NCBI GenBank assembly: GCA_041661265.1
Contig: JBAZUT010000003.1
Coordinates: 143,191 to 207,190, forward strand
Source of the DNA: Minisyncoccota bacterium
Lineage (GTDB): Bacteria; Patescibacteriota; Minisyncoccia; JAHIHE01; JAGLIN01
Direction: 5' to 3'
Length of the DNA stretch: 64,000 bases
Shown here piece by piece: positions 48,588 to 56,683 of this stretch. A model generated the notes under the pieces. It was given only the letters and a program-made list of their open reading frames with translations. It did no database searches and was not told the origin of the DNA. Numbering within the stretch: position 1 is the stretch's first letter; each line of letters begins with the position of its first letter. A program made the translations under genes and the position numbers.

Positions 48588-48953
48588 ATGACAACGATTG
48601 AAAGAAAGGGCGTAAAACTAATTTCCTTCTCCATATATTATTATGCATTTCTGATGGTCTTTCTCATTCAAAAGAAAGCTGAGGCTGCGTCGACGATCAC
48701 GGCAGTCACAAGAAAAATAAAAGTCAGCGACTTTGTGCATCTTATTGAAAACGTTTTTAAGTGGTCGCTCTCCGTTGCGGGAGGAATAGCGCTCATCATG
48801 CTCATAATCGGAGGCATCACATACATGACATCAACCGGAAATGAGCAGAAAGCCATGCAGGCAAAGAAAACATTTTATTGGGCGCTGGGCGGACTCATGC
48901 TACTGATCCTTGCGTATGGAATAGGTTTCGTCATATACGGAATATTCTTTTAA
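48588..48953 (+). CDS. VirB2/TrbC-like pilin-type small protein, paralog 4 (most divergent)
   Basis: FKWSLSVAGGIALIMLIIGGITYMTSTGNEQKAMQAKK...LAYGIGFVIYGIFF. Confidence 0.45.
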   Translation: MTTIERKGVKLISFSIYYYAFLMVFLIQKKAEAASTITAVTRKIKVSDFVHLIENVFKWSLSVAGGIALIMLIIGGITYMTSTGNEQKAMQAKKTFYWALGGLMLLILAYGIGFVIYGIFF

Positions 48954-48973
48954 CGACCTAACGGCTTACTGAA

Positions 48974-49876
48974 ATGCAAAAAAAAGTTTACATTGTTGTC
49001 TTGAACTGGAATGGCCTTAGCGATGCAAGAGAATGTATCTTATCCCTTCAAAAGAATAACTATGCAAATTACGAAATAGTCGTTGTTGATAATGGTTCGA
49101 CTGATAATTCAGCGGCTATTTTAAAAAGGGCATTTCCATATATAACGATCATAGAGAATGGAATAAATTACGGTTTTGCGGGAGGAAACAATATAGGGAT
49201 CGAATATTCGCTAAGACAGGGGGCTGACTATATCCTGCTTCTGAACAATGACACCGCGGTCGAAAGCGCTTTCTTGTCGAAATTAGTGGAAGCGGGGGAT
49301 TCAGACGAAGCGATCGGCCTGGTGGAATCGAAGATATGCTATTACGACGAACCGAAAAAGATCTGGTTTGCCGGAGGAAAGATCGACTGGCTCAAAACAA
49401 AAGGGACTCATATGGGGATCAATGAATTGGACAACGGCCAATATGACAATATCCGCGAGGTTGATTATCTCACCGGGTGCTGTCTTCTCATAAAAAGATC
49501 CGTTTTTGAAAAGATCGGTAAACTCTCGGAAGACTATTTTTTATACTATGAGGACACGGATTTCTGCCTCCGGGCAAGGAACGCCGGATTCAAATGCATT
49601 TATGTTCCGAGTTCAAAGATCTACCATAAAGTTTCAAGATCGACCAAGCCCGGCTCGCCAAGCTATATCTATTACCACACCCGGAACGGATTATATCTTG
49701 CAAAAAAAAACGGCGGCACATTGAACAAGATATTATTGTATCCATTCTGCATATATCTTTTCGTAAAGCAAATATTAAAAATAGCCATTTTCCCCGCGAA
49801 AAGAAACTGGGCATTGGCGGTTCTGAGGGGCGAGAGAGATTTCCTTCTCGGAAAAACAGGTAAATCAGCTCTGTAG
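48974..49876 (+). CDS. Family 2 glycosyltransferase
   Basis: YIVVLNWNG...YEIVVVDNGSTDNS and a DxD-like LLNNDT motif. Confidence 0.75.
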   Translation: MQKKVYIVVLNWNGLSDARECILSLQKNNYANYEIVVVDNGSTDNSAAILKRAFPYITIIENGINYGFAGGNNIGIEYSLRQGADYILLLNNDTAVESAFLSKLVEAGDSDEAIGLVESKICYYDEPKKIWFAGGKIDWLKTKGTHMGINELDNGQYDNIREVDYLTGCCLLIKRSVFEKIGKLSEDYFLYYEDTDFCLRARNAGFKCIYVPSSKIYHKVSRSTKPGSPSYIYYHTRNGLYLAKKNGGTLNKILLYPFCIYLFVKQILKIAIFPAKRNWALAVLRGERDFLLGKTGKSAL

Positions 49877-49935
49877 TCTGAATGCAAAAAAAGACGGCTA
49901 AGAGTCCGGCTTTTTTAATTCTGTCTTATTTCCCG

Positions 49936-50730
49936 CTAAGAGACCAGAAACCTTCCGACAAGATAACCGACGCCAAAAGGCCCTTCGTAACTCAGCTTTT
50001 GAAATTTACTTTCGGAATTGGCAAGCGCGCCCAGAGCTATGATGATCGATCTCAGTCCGCATTCTCCCGCCTCTTCGATCAGGTTCGAATCGATTCTCAA
50101 AATTTCATCCGCTTTGCCGGCTTCCAAAAGTTCAACGATAATGCTGTCGAATTTTTTCCCTGCCGGAGAATATCCCGCCGGCGCATCAGGCGTCAGGCGA
50201 TGCGAAAGATCTCCGCTTGCAACCAAACCCACTTTGCGGTCCGTATTCTGAATAGCTTCATATATCGCTTTTCCGAATTCAAGATGCTTCCCGTAATCAA
50301 GCTCGGAAAATGCGACCGGAACGATCTTCATATCAGAAACATGCTTTGTGAGAAAATAAAGCGGGACCATGCTTCCATGGTCCAAGACGATCTCCCTTGC
50401 CAGTATCTCGGCCGGCACTCCTTTTGCATCAGATATATTTTTAATGCTCATAGCAAGATCGGTATCATTCGCAAATTTCATCGAAATATCATCTGCTCCA
50501 AAATCCAAAAAATCTCCTTCCAGTGTTTCTTGCCCGATTATCGTCATAAAATCCGTCTGATATGGGCCGTGCGGAGATATGACAACGATCGTTTCAAGCC
50601 CGAGATCGCGGACTTCTCTGGCCAGTGTTTTCATGGCCTGCACGGTGGCACTCACCAGCGAAAGATTCTCCCTTCCGATCGATGGGATGATGATGGGCGG
50701 ATGGGGACATATTGCGGCAAATTTCAACAT
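49936..50730 (-). CDS. Memo/LigB-fold protein (candidate AmmeMemoRadiSam system protein B)
   Basis: 264 aa with AAICPHPPIIIP and VVISPHGPYQ His-containing motifs typical of the class III extradiol-dioxygenase/Memo fold. It sits directly downstream of the radical SAM partner. Confidence 0.5.
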   Translation of the reverse strand: MLKFAAICPHPPIIIPSIGRENLSLVSATVQAMKTLAREVRDLGLETIVVISPHGPYQTDFMTIIGQETLEGDFLDFGADDISMKFANDTDLAMSIKNISDAKGVPAEILAREIVLDHGSMVPLYFLTKHVSDMKIVPVAFSELDYGKHLEFGKAIYEAIQNTDRKVGLVASGDLSHRLTPDAPAGYSPAGKKFDSIIVELLEAGKADEILRIDSNLIEEAGECGLRSIIIALGALANSESKFQKLSYEGPFGVGYLVGRFLVS

Positions 50731-50751
50731 AAGCTTTTATTAATGATAAAT

Positions 50752-51801
50752 CTACAGAATAAAGTTTAATTTTTCTTGGCAATTCGGGCACTTTCCGTCT
50801 TTATCGAATCTTTCGATATAATATCCCACCCTCTTGACGCAAAGTTCTGAACATTTGGGACAATAGGTGTTCTCGGTCGTGCCCCCGGGAACGTTTCCCA
50901 AATAGACATATTTCAAACCTGCGTCTTTTCCGATCTTGTATGCTTTTTGAACGGTCTTCAGCGGAGTGTCGGGAAGGTTCTGCAGTTTCCACGATATTTC
51001 CCCTGAGAACGCGCTTAGGTGCCATGGCGTATCGCTTCCAAGCTCATTGAAGATGAATTCGGCTATATTTCCAAGCATTGCACTGTCGTCGGACAGAGTG
51101 GGGATGACCAAAGTGGTGATCTCGACCCACACCCCGAGTTTCTTCATCTTCCTGCAATTATCAAGAATAGGACCAACGCCGGCTCCGCAGCTTTTCTTAT
51201 AGAATTCATCATCGAATGATTTTATATCGACATTTGCGGCATCAAGAAATGGCACGATCAAGTTCAGGGTTTCATCGCTCATATATCCGTTCGTCACCCA
51301 AGTGTTCTTTATACCTTTCTTTTTCGCGATCTTCATCGTATCAAGCGCATATTCAAGAAAGATCGTCGGTTCCGTATATGTATAGGAAATGCTCGGGCAT
51401 TTTGATTTGATCGCCTCCGCAACAATTTCCTCCGGAAGAATATCCTGTCCGACATCAAGCATGCTCTTGTCTTTTTTCACAAGCTGCGATATCTGCCAAT
51501 TCTGGCAATTATCGCAGCGGAGATTGCAGCCAACCGTGGCGACTGACAGCGAGTGAGAACCTGAAAGAAAATGAAAATACGGTTTTTTCTCGATAGGATC
51601 AACGCTTAGCGAGATCACTTTTCCGTAATTAAGCGCAAAAAGCACGCCCTCGATATTCTTTCTCACTCCGCAGATCCCGAACGCGGCAGGCATGACGAGG
51701 CACCTATGCGCGCAGGTGTTGCATCGAACCTTTTTATTTTCAAGTTTTTCGTATAGATATGATTCTTTCATAAACACGGATATTTTATTCAACAAATACA
51801 C
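50752..51801 (-). CDS. PflA-like radical SAM enzyme (AmmeMemoRadiSam system radical SAM protein type)
   Basis: N-terminal Cys cluster CNTCAHRC...FGICGV, canonical CNLRCDNCQNW (CxxxCxxC), and a C-terminal CPKC...CPNC cluster. Confidence 0.6.
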   Translation of the reverse strand: MYLLNKISVFMKESYLYEKLENKKVRCNTCAHRCLVMPAAFGICGVRKNIEGVLFALNYGKVISLSVDPIEKKPYFHFLSGSHSLSVATVGCNLRCDNCQNWQISQLVKKDKSMLDVGQDILPEEIVAEAIKSKCPSISYTYTEPTIFLEYALDTMKIAKKKGIKNTWVTNGYMSDETLNLIVPFLDAANVDIKSFDDEFYKKSCGAGVGPILDNCRKMKKLGVWVEITTLVIPTLSDDSAMLGNIAEFIFNELGSDTPWHLSAFSGEISWKLQNLPDTPLKTVQKAYKIGKDAGLKYVYLGNVPGGTTENTYCPKCSELCVKRVGYYIERFDKDGKCPNCQEKLNFIL

Positions 51802-51905
51802 ACTCGATCAAGATCGTCCATATATTCACATATTAACACCTTTCTTTTTTTAATAGCAAATGATTAATGCACAAAAAAATAAGCCCTTTGAGCTTATAGT
51901 CAATG

Positions 51906-52154
51906 CTATTTATTTTTTAACCGTTCCTCCTTCTCCTGGAGCGCTTTTTCGACATCTTTAATCAGCTTTGTAAATTTTTCTTCTTTGGCGTTATTTTCGT
52001 TGATTATCGATATCACGAACCTTGCGATCGCATAATGATCCACCGTTATTCCTGTCTTTCTTGTAAGTTCCTTGTGCAAGATATCATCGATCTTGTCCGC
52101 GATCTCAAGCACATCGATCTCTACTTCATTTTCTCCTATCAGTGCTTTAAACAT
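51906..52154 (-). CDS. Hypothetical small protein
   Basis: 82-aa ORF with charged helices. Confidence 0.3.
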   Translation of the reverse strand: MFKALIGENEVEIDVLEIADKIDDILHKELTRKTGITVDHYAIARFVISIINENNAKEEKFTKLIKDVEKALQEKEERLKNK

Positions 52155-52234
52155 ATTTCCTCCATACCTCGATTATATGTATTAATGGCAAAAAGTCAAT
52201 TGTCATGATGCATTTTGTCTGATATAATACCAGC

Positions 52235-52783
52235 ATGGAAAAAAGGATTTTTATCGCGATAAACCTGCCCGAAGAGATAATAAGCGGGCTAAAGGCCAAT
52301 GAAAAACGTTGGAAAGGTTTGCATATCAAGTGGACAAACGCCGCAAATATGCACATCACCCTTCAATTCCTGGGAAATGTGAACCGCAAGGATTTTGATG
52401 CCATAATGCTTGCGGTGGGAAAAGCGGTTCCGCAGATAGGACAATTCCATATTACGCTTGACAGGATCGTTCTGGGTCCCAATTCCGGCGAACCAACCAT
52501 GTTCTGGGCAACGCTTCTCATCGACAGCAATTTGCTGAAACTGAAAAGAACGCTGGACGAGAGCCTGAAATCCTACGGATATATGCCGGAAGATCGCAAA
52601 TTCAAACCTCACATTACCCTTGCAAGAGCAAGAGGCAATCAGCTCAAAGGCAGGAAAACCAACATCCAACTGAAGGGAATGAGGTTCAAAGTTGAAAGCA
52701 TTGAGATCATGCAAAGCCAGCTTCATCCGGGAGGTTCAAAATATAAGATCGCACGGAGCTTTAAGTTGGCGAATAATCCATAG
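52235..52783 (+). CDS. thpR: RNA 2',3'-cyclic phosphodiesterase (2H family, ThpR/LigT)
   Basis: Two H-x-T-x motifs (HITLQFLG and HITLARA) with correct spacing; 182 aa. Confidence 0.7.
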   Translation: MEKRIFIAINLPEEIISGLKANEKRWKGLHIKWTNAANMHITLQFLGNVNRKDFDAIMLAVGKAVPQIGQFHITLDRIVLGPNSGEPTMFWATLLIDSNLLKLKRTLDESLKSYGYMPEDRKFKPHITLARARGNQLKGRKTNIQLKGMRFKVESIEIMQSQLHPGGSKYKIARSFKLANNP

Positions 52784-52785
52784 AT

Positions 52786-53574
52786 ATGAACGCGCTATGC
52801 ATGAGAAATATATTGGGCGTTAAAATAAGCAGCATTACTTCCAAAGAAGTTCTTGATGATATCAAGATTTTTTTATTATCCGAAAACCAGCACCATATCA
52901 TCACTCTGAACCCGGAAATGATAGTGGAAGCGCAAAGCAATGACAGTTTCAAAAGTATTATCAATGAAGCAGACCTCTGTGTTGCAGATGGAACCGGCAT
53001 TTTATTGGCAGACAGATTGCTTAACGGAACCACTCTGCCGGAAAGAATAAGAGGCGTGGATCTCATGCTGGCAATTTGCACGCCGGATGTCATCAACAAT
53101 AAAAGAATATATCTTCTTGGAGCGGGGCAGGGGATAGCGAAAAGAACTGCGGAAGTTCTGAAAAAAAAATATCCGCATTTGAATATTGTCGGGGCGGAAG
53201 AAGGAATAGACATTAGAAGTCCAAAGTCCAAAGTCCAAAGTCCAAAAAAATACACGGAACAAAATGCAGAGCTGGTCGAACGGATCGTCAGAGCAAAGCC
53301 AGATATATTATTCGTCGCTTTCGGAGCTCCAAAACAGGAAATATGGATCCATGAGAACATAAAAAAGATCCCAAGCATCAGGCTTGCGATCGGCATCGGA
53401 GGTTCATTTGATTTCATTTCAGGAAGGATATATCGCGCTCCCCGCATTATGCAAAAATTAGGCATGGAATGGCTGTGGAGGCTGGTCCAAGAGCCGAAGA
53501 GATGCAAAAGGATCTATAACGCAACGATAAAATTCGGCTGGATGGTCCTGGAAAAAAAAATAAAAAGCACATAA
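52786..53574 (+). CDS. tagA: WecB/TagA/CpsF-family (GT26) glycosyltransferase
   Basis: ILGVKISSIT...HIITLNPEMIVEA...DLCVADGTGI and a C-terminal GGSFDF...GMEWLWRL. Confidence 0.7.
   Translation: MNALCMRNILGVKISSITSKEVLDDIKIFLLSENQHHIITLNPEMIVEAQSNDSFKSIINEADLCVADGTGILLADRLLNGTTLPERIRGVDLMLAICTPDVINNKRIYLLGAGQGIAKRTAEVLKKKYPHLNIVGAEEGIDIRSPKSKVQSPKKYTEQNAELVERIVRAKPDILFVAFGAPKQEIWIHENIKKIPSIRLAIGIGGSFDFISGRIYRAPRIMQKLGMEWLWRLVQEPKRCKRIYNATIKFGWMVLEKKIKST
53218..53245 (+). repeat. Heptanucleotide tandem repeat (AGTCCAA)x4 inside the tagA-like CDS, followed by an A5 run
   Basis: Read directly from the sequence; it encodes SPKSKVQSPKK. A 9-A homopolymer also occurs at 53161-53169 in the same gene. 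Confidence 0.8.
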
Positions 53575-53609
53575 GTCCGCATGCGCTATGTTTTCTTTCA
53601 TGATACGAT

Positions 53610-54422
53610 CTAGCGCAGCTTTTCATCGATATCTTTTCCGCAATGCGGGCAAATCTTATGCGTTTCGGAATTTTTTTGAACTTGTTCGATAAAACCGGAC
53701 GCGAATATGCCCGCCGGCAACGCGAACATCCCTATCCCGAAAAGAGCCACTATGGCGCCGAAAAATTTGCCGAGCGGAGTAATGGGATAAACATCGCCAT
53801 AACCTATTGTGGCAAGCGTGACGATGCCCCACCACATTGCAGCCGGAATACTTGAGAATTTTTCAGGTTGCGCCTCATGCTCTATGAAGTACATCAGGCT
53901 TGAAGAGATTACTAACGCTATAAAAATCAAAAAGGCCGAAAGAAACAATTCTTCCTTTTTTTCCCTGATTATTTCCTTAAACATTTTGAAAACGGCTGAA
54001 TATCGGCCCAATTTGGCGATCCTGAAAAGTCTTAACAGGCGCAAAACTTTGATTGTTCGAAGGTCCAGAGTTAGAAAAATAGGCAGATAGAACGGCAATA
54101 CCGACAAAAGGTCCGCGACGGCCATCGGCGTCATCGCATATCTCAGCCTGTTTTTAACGTGCTCATTGAAATCCGCTCTGAGATCGCATGTCCAAAGACG
54201 CAGAACATATTCCAGTGTGAAAATAATGATGGAGAATATTTCAAATATATTAAACAATTCCGCGTATTGAAAATGAAAAGGTTCCACCGTTTCAAGGGCT
54301 ACTGCGATTATATTCAAAAAGATCAGCACGGTCATAAAAAATGTGACGGCGCGGCCGTTCGGTCCCGATGCTTCCGTTCCCTCCAATATTTCAAATATTA
54401 TTTTCTGCGTTTCTTTATACAT
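53610..54422 (-). CDS. Voltage-gated K+ channel (6TM Kv-like) with a C-terminal CxxC zinc-ribbon tail
   Basis: S4 helix VLRLLRLFRIAKLGR with Arg every third residue, pore and selectivity filter TLATIGYGDVYP, and C-terminal CPHCGKD. Confidence 0.75.
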   Translation of the reverse strand: MYKETQKIIFEILEGTEASGPNGRAVTFFMTVLIFLNIIAVALETVEPFHFQYAELFNIFEIFSIIIFTLEYVLRLWTCDLRADFNEHVKNRLRYAMTPMAVADLLSVLPFYLPIFLTLDLRTIKVLRLLRLFRIAKLGRYSAVFKMFKEIIREKKEELFLSAFLIFIALVISSSLMYFIEHEAQPEKFSSIPAAMWWGIVTLATIGYGDVYPITPLGKFFGAIVALFGIGMFALPAGIFASGFIEQVQKNSETHKICPHCGKDIDEKLR

Positions 54423-54511
54423 AGTTTTAATTAATTCTTTATATATAACAATAGTTTGGCCGCATGCCGATTTATTTTAAATGCCTGGACAGAACGATCA
54501 TCACCGCCGCC

Positions 54512-54844
54512 TCATTTCTTCGCCTGGATAAACTCTATCGGGGCGCCGTCTTCTTCTATAAATGCGACGATGTTTCCCTCTGAGGGACTGTTCGGCTGAA
54601 TGATCACTTTCTTTCCCTTGATCGCCTCATGGATATCATCAACTTCAAAGGCGATATGCGGAACCATCTTTACGATCTCGGGCAATGGACAGTCCTTTTC
54701 ATATCTCATCCACTCGATCCCATATTCGCTTTTTTCAAAGCCGCAGTGATATAGCTTATAATCCTTCATGTAAACCTCGCCGCTTATCGGCTTATCCGTC
54801 GGTATACCGATGTGGTGATATTTAAGTTTTATTTTTTTGTTCAT
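54512..54844 (-). CDS. VOC (glyoxalase/bleomycin-resistance) family protein
   Basis: 110 aa with HHIGIPT and HIAFEVDD metal-binding-type motifs. Confidence 0.5.
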   Translation of the reverse strand: MNKKIKLKYHHIGIPTDKPISGEVYMKDYKLYHCGFEKSEYGIEWMRYEKDCPLPEIVKMVPHIAFEVDDIHEAIKGKKVIIQPNSPSEGNIVAFIEEDGAPIEFIQAKK

Positions 54845-54890
54845 ATCGTTTTTTTATTATATAAATACGGTCTCGCCCGATGCGCGGAAA

Positions 54891-55469
54891 TTATTTTTCA
54901 ACCCTGAACATTTTGCCATGTCCCGGAATTACATAGTCGGCCAGTTCCAGAATTTTCTTCCGGGAAACGACAAGTTTTTGGATATTCATGTGTTCCGGGT
55001 CGCTATCCGGCCTATTGATATCAATTTCCTGTTTTTCTCCATCCATCCACCAGAAGACATCTCCCGCAACGGCATAAACCCCTTTTTCCGTTCTTACGAT
55101 CAGGGAACAATGCTCTTCCATATGGCCCGGCGTGCGGACCACCTCAAGATCGGTTCCCGGAACAATTCCATTGTGCTTTATGATCGCGTCCTTTTGATAA
55201 ACATAAAGCTCATCGACGATCTTTGCCCCGGAAAATATCCCCGCAAGAAGCGAATGGTCGACGTGTCCATGGGTCAAAAACACAAAGTCTATGTCCGTAA
55301 TTTCCAATTTCTCCCGCTTTAATGCGTTCAACAGTTTTTCCCTGTCAAAGCCGGGATCCGCGACGATGTTTTTTCCGTTTGATCTTATGAGAACGACCGA
55401 AGAATTCGCATTCCATCCGTCAGCCGTCTGTTTTGCATAACCTTCGATCAATATCTTTATTTCAGACAT
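54891..55469 (-). CDS. MBL-fold metallo-hydrolase
   Basis: FLTHGHVDHS (HxHxDH) and downstream His/Asp. Confidence 0.7.
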   Translation of the reverse strand: MSEIKILIEGYAKQTADGWNANSSVVLIRSNGKNIVADPGFDREKLLNALKREKLEITDIDFVFLTHGHVDHSLLAGIFSGAKIVDELYVYQKDAIIKHNGIVPGTDLEVVRTPGHMEEHCSLIVRTEKGVYAVAGDVFWWMDGEKQEIDINRPDSDPEHMNIQKLVVSRKKILELADYVIPGHGKMFRVEK

Positions 55470-55511
55470 GGTATTGAATTATTGTGATATGTTGATTAAG
55501 CATTTTCCAAC

Positions 55512-56405
55512 TTAAGTGAACAGTTTTTTTGTGACTATGAAAGAACCTATCTGTTTTTTGACGATCACCGATTCTATCTGAAAGGGGACGACGCAACCGC
55601 ACCTCGCGCAGTCCGCTTTGCCGCCGATCACACAGGGAAGTTTTCTGTTTCCCATGGGATCCAGGCAAATGACCGCTTTCGGCAAAATGCAATTTGAGGT
55701 GATCCCTGTTGAATTCTTTGACTTCATAAGTTCGAGGATAGGCTTGCTGTTCAATATAAAATTTCCATATTTCTTTTTCAGAACCAGGAGCCTGCCGATG
55801 ATCGCATCCCTCTCGCCCCAGTCCAGCCAAAGATCTTCTTCTATGCCCTTGATCGGCGTATAGAAATCGAAATTTATCCCCTGAATTTTCGCATGCTTCC
55901 ATTCTTCCAGCAGCGACTCGATGCAATTTTGGTTTTTCTTATTCAATACGCATGCGATATTCACATGGATGTCATCCCGGTCTGCGTTCCGTTTGAGCTT
56001 GTCATACGTGTTAACGCCTCTGATCTGCTCATAATATTCTTTCGTGCCGTCAACGGATATATTGAATACGCAGTTATTCCATTTCGGGAGTTCGATCGAA
56101 CCGTTCGTAACCACCATATTGAATGGAAATATTTTGATCCCTTGTTCGACGATCTCCTGCCTCAGCAGCGGTTCTCCGCCCACCCACGACGCATGAATGA
56201 TCGACGGGTTTTTCTTTTTGACTTGCAGAACCCTGCCCAAAAGCTCTTCTCCGGCCAGTTCTTTATCATGGTCCTGCTGAAAAAAATAGCAATGCTTGCA
56301 TCTCAAATTGCATTTATTGGTCACGTCGATCGATATCGCCACAGGAAATTGCGCGCCGGATATCACGTTCTTAATAAAATAGTATCCAAGTTTAGCGTAG
56401 CTCAT
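55512..56405 (-). CDS. Radical SAM protein with a C-terminal SPASM/twitch-like Cys cluster
   Basis: NKCNLRCKHCYF (CxxxCxxC) and a C-terminal C...C...CARCGC cluster. Confidence 0.65.
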   Translation of the reverse strand: MSYAKLGYYFIKNVISGAQFPVAISIDVTNKCNLRCKHCYFFQQDHDKELAGEELLGRVLQVKKKNPSIIHASWVGGEPLLRQEIVEQGIKIFPFNMVVTNGSIELPKWNNCVFNISVDGTKEYYEQIRGVNTYDKLKRNADRDDIHVNIACVLNKKNQNCIESLLEEWKHAKIQGINFDFYTPIKGIEEDLWLDWGERDAIIGRLLVLKKKYGNFILNSKPILELMKSKNSTGITSNCILPKAVICLDPMGNRKLPCVIGGKADCARCGCVVPFQIESVIVKKQIGSFIVTKKLFT

Positions 56406-56683
56406 AAATATTGTGCGGAGTAAAAAGACGGCATTATTTAAAACTTGTCTGATCTAATTTATATCATATCACGGATTTTCTTAAAATCGCAAATTATGCC
56501 GATATTTGATATGATATCGACATAAAGCGCTTTAATTTGGCAGGGAAGGGGAGTTGAGAATATCGCTATCGCCATAAGTTATAGAACACAACAAACACTT
56601 TGCTTCTTTTGCCATCCGGATGTTTTTTGACAAGCCTCGACCTCTTTCTGTATCATGTATATATTGCATTAATAATAAAAAAT

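Noticed and set aside
47518-48953. Holin interpretation of the four small 2-TM paralogs next to the amidase
   Set aside because: A holin-endolysin cassette was considered. Four tandem paralogs with cleavable-looking signal peptides, which follow a 1,051-aa Sec-secreted multidomain hydrolase and a coupling-protein-like ATPase, fit pilins better. The holin reading is not excluded and is listed as a refutation criterion.
49882-50769. 295-aa plus-strand ORF overlapping the Memo-like gene
   Set aside because: The minus-strand ORF carries recognisable Memo/LigB motifs and is co-oriented with the radical SAM partner. The plus-strand ORF is Arg/Cys-rich with odd composition, typical of a shadow ORF.
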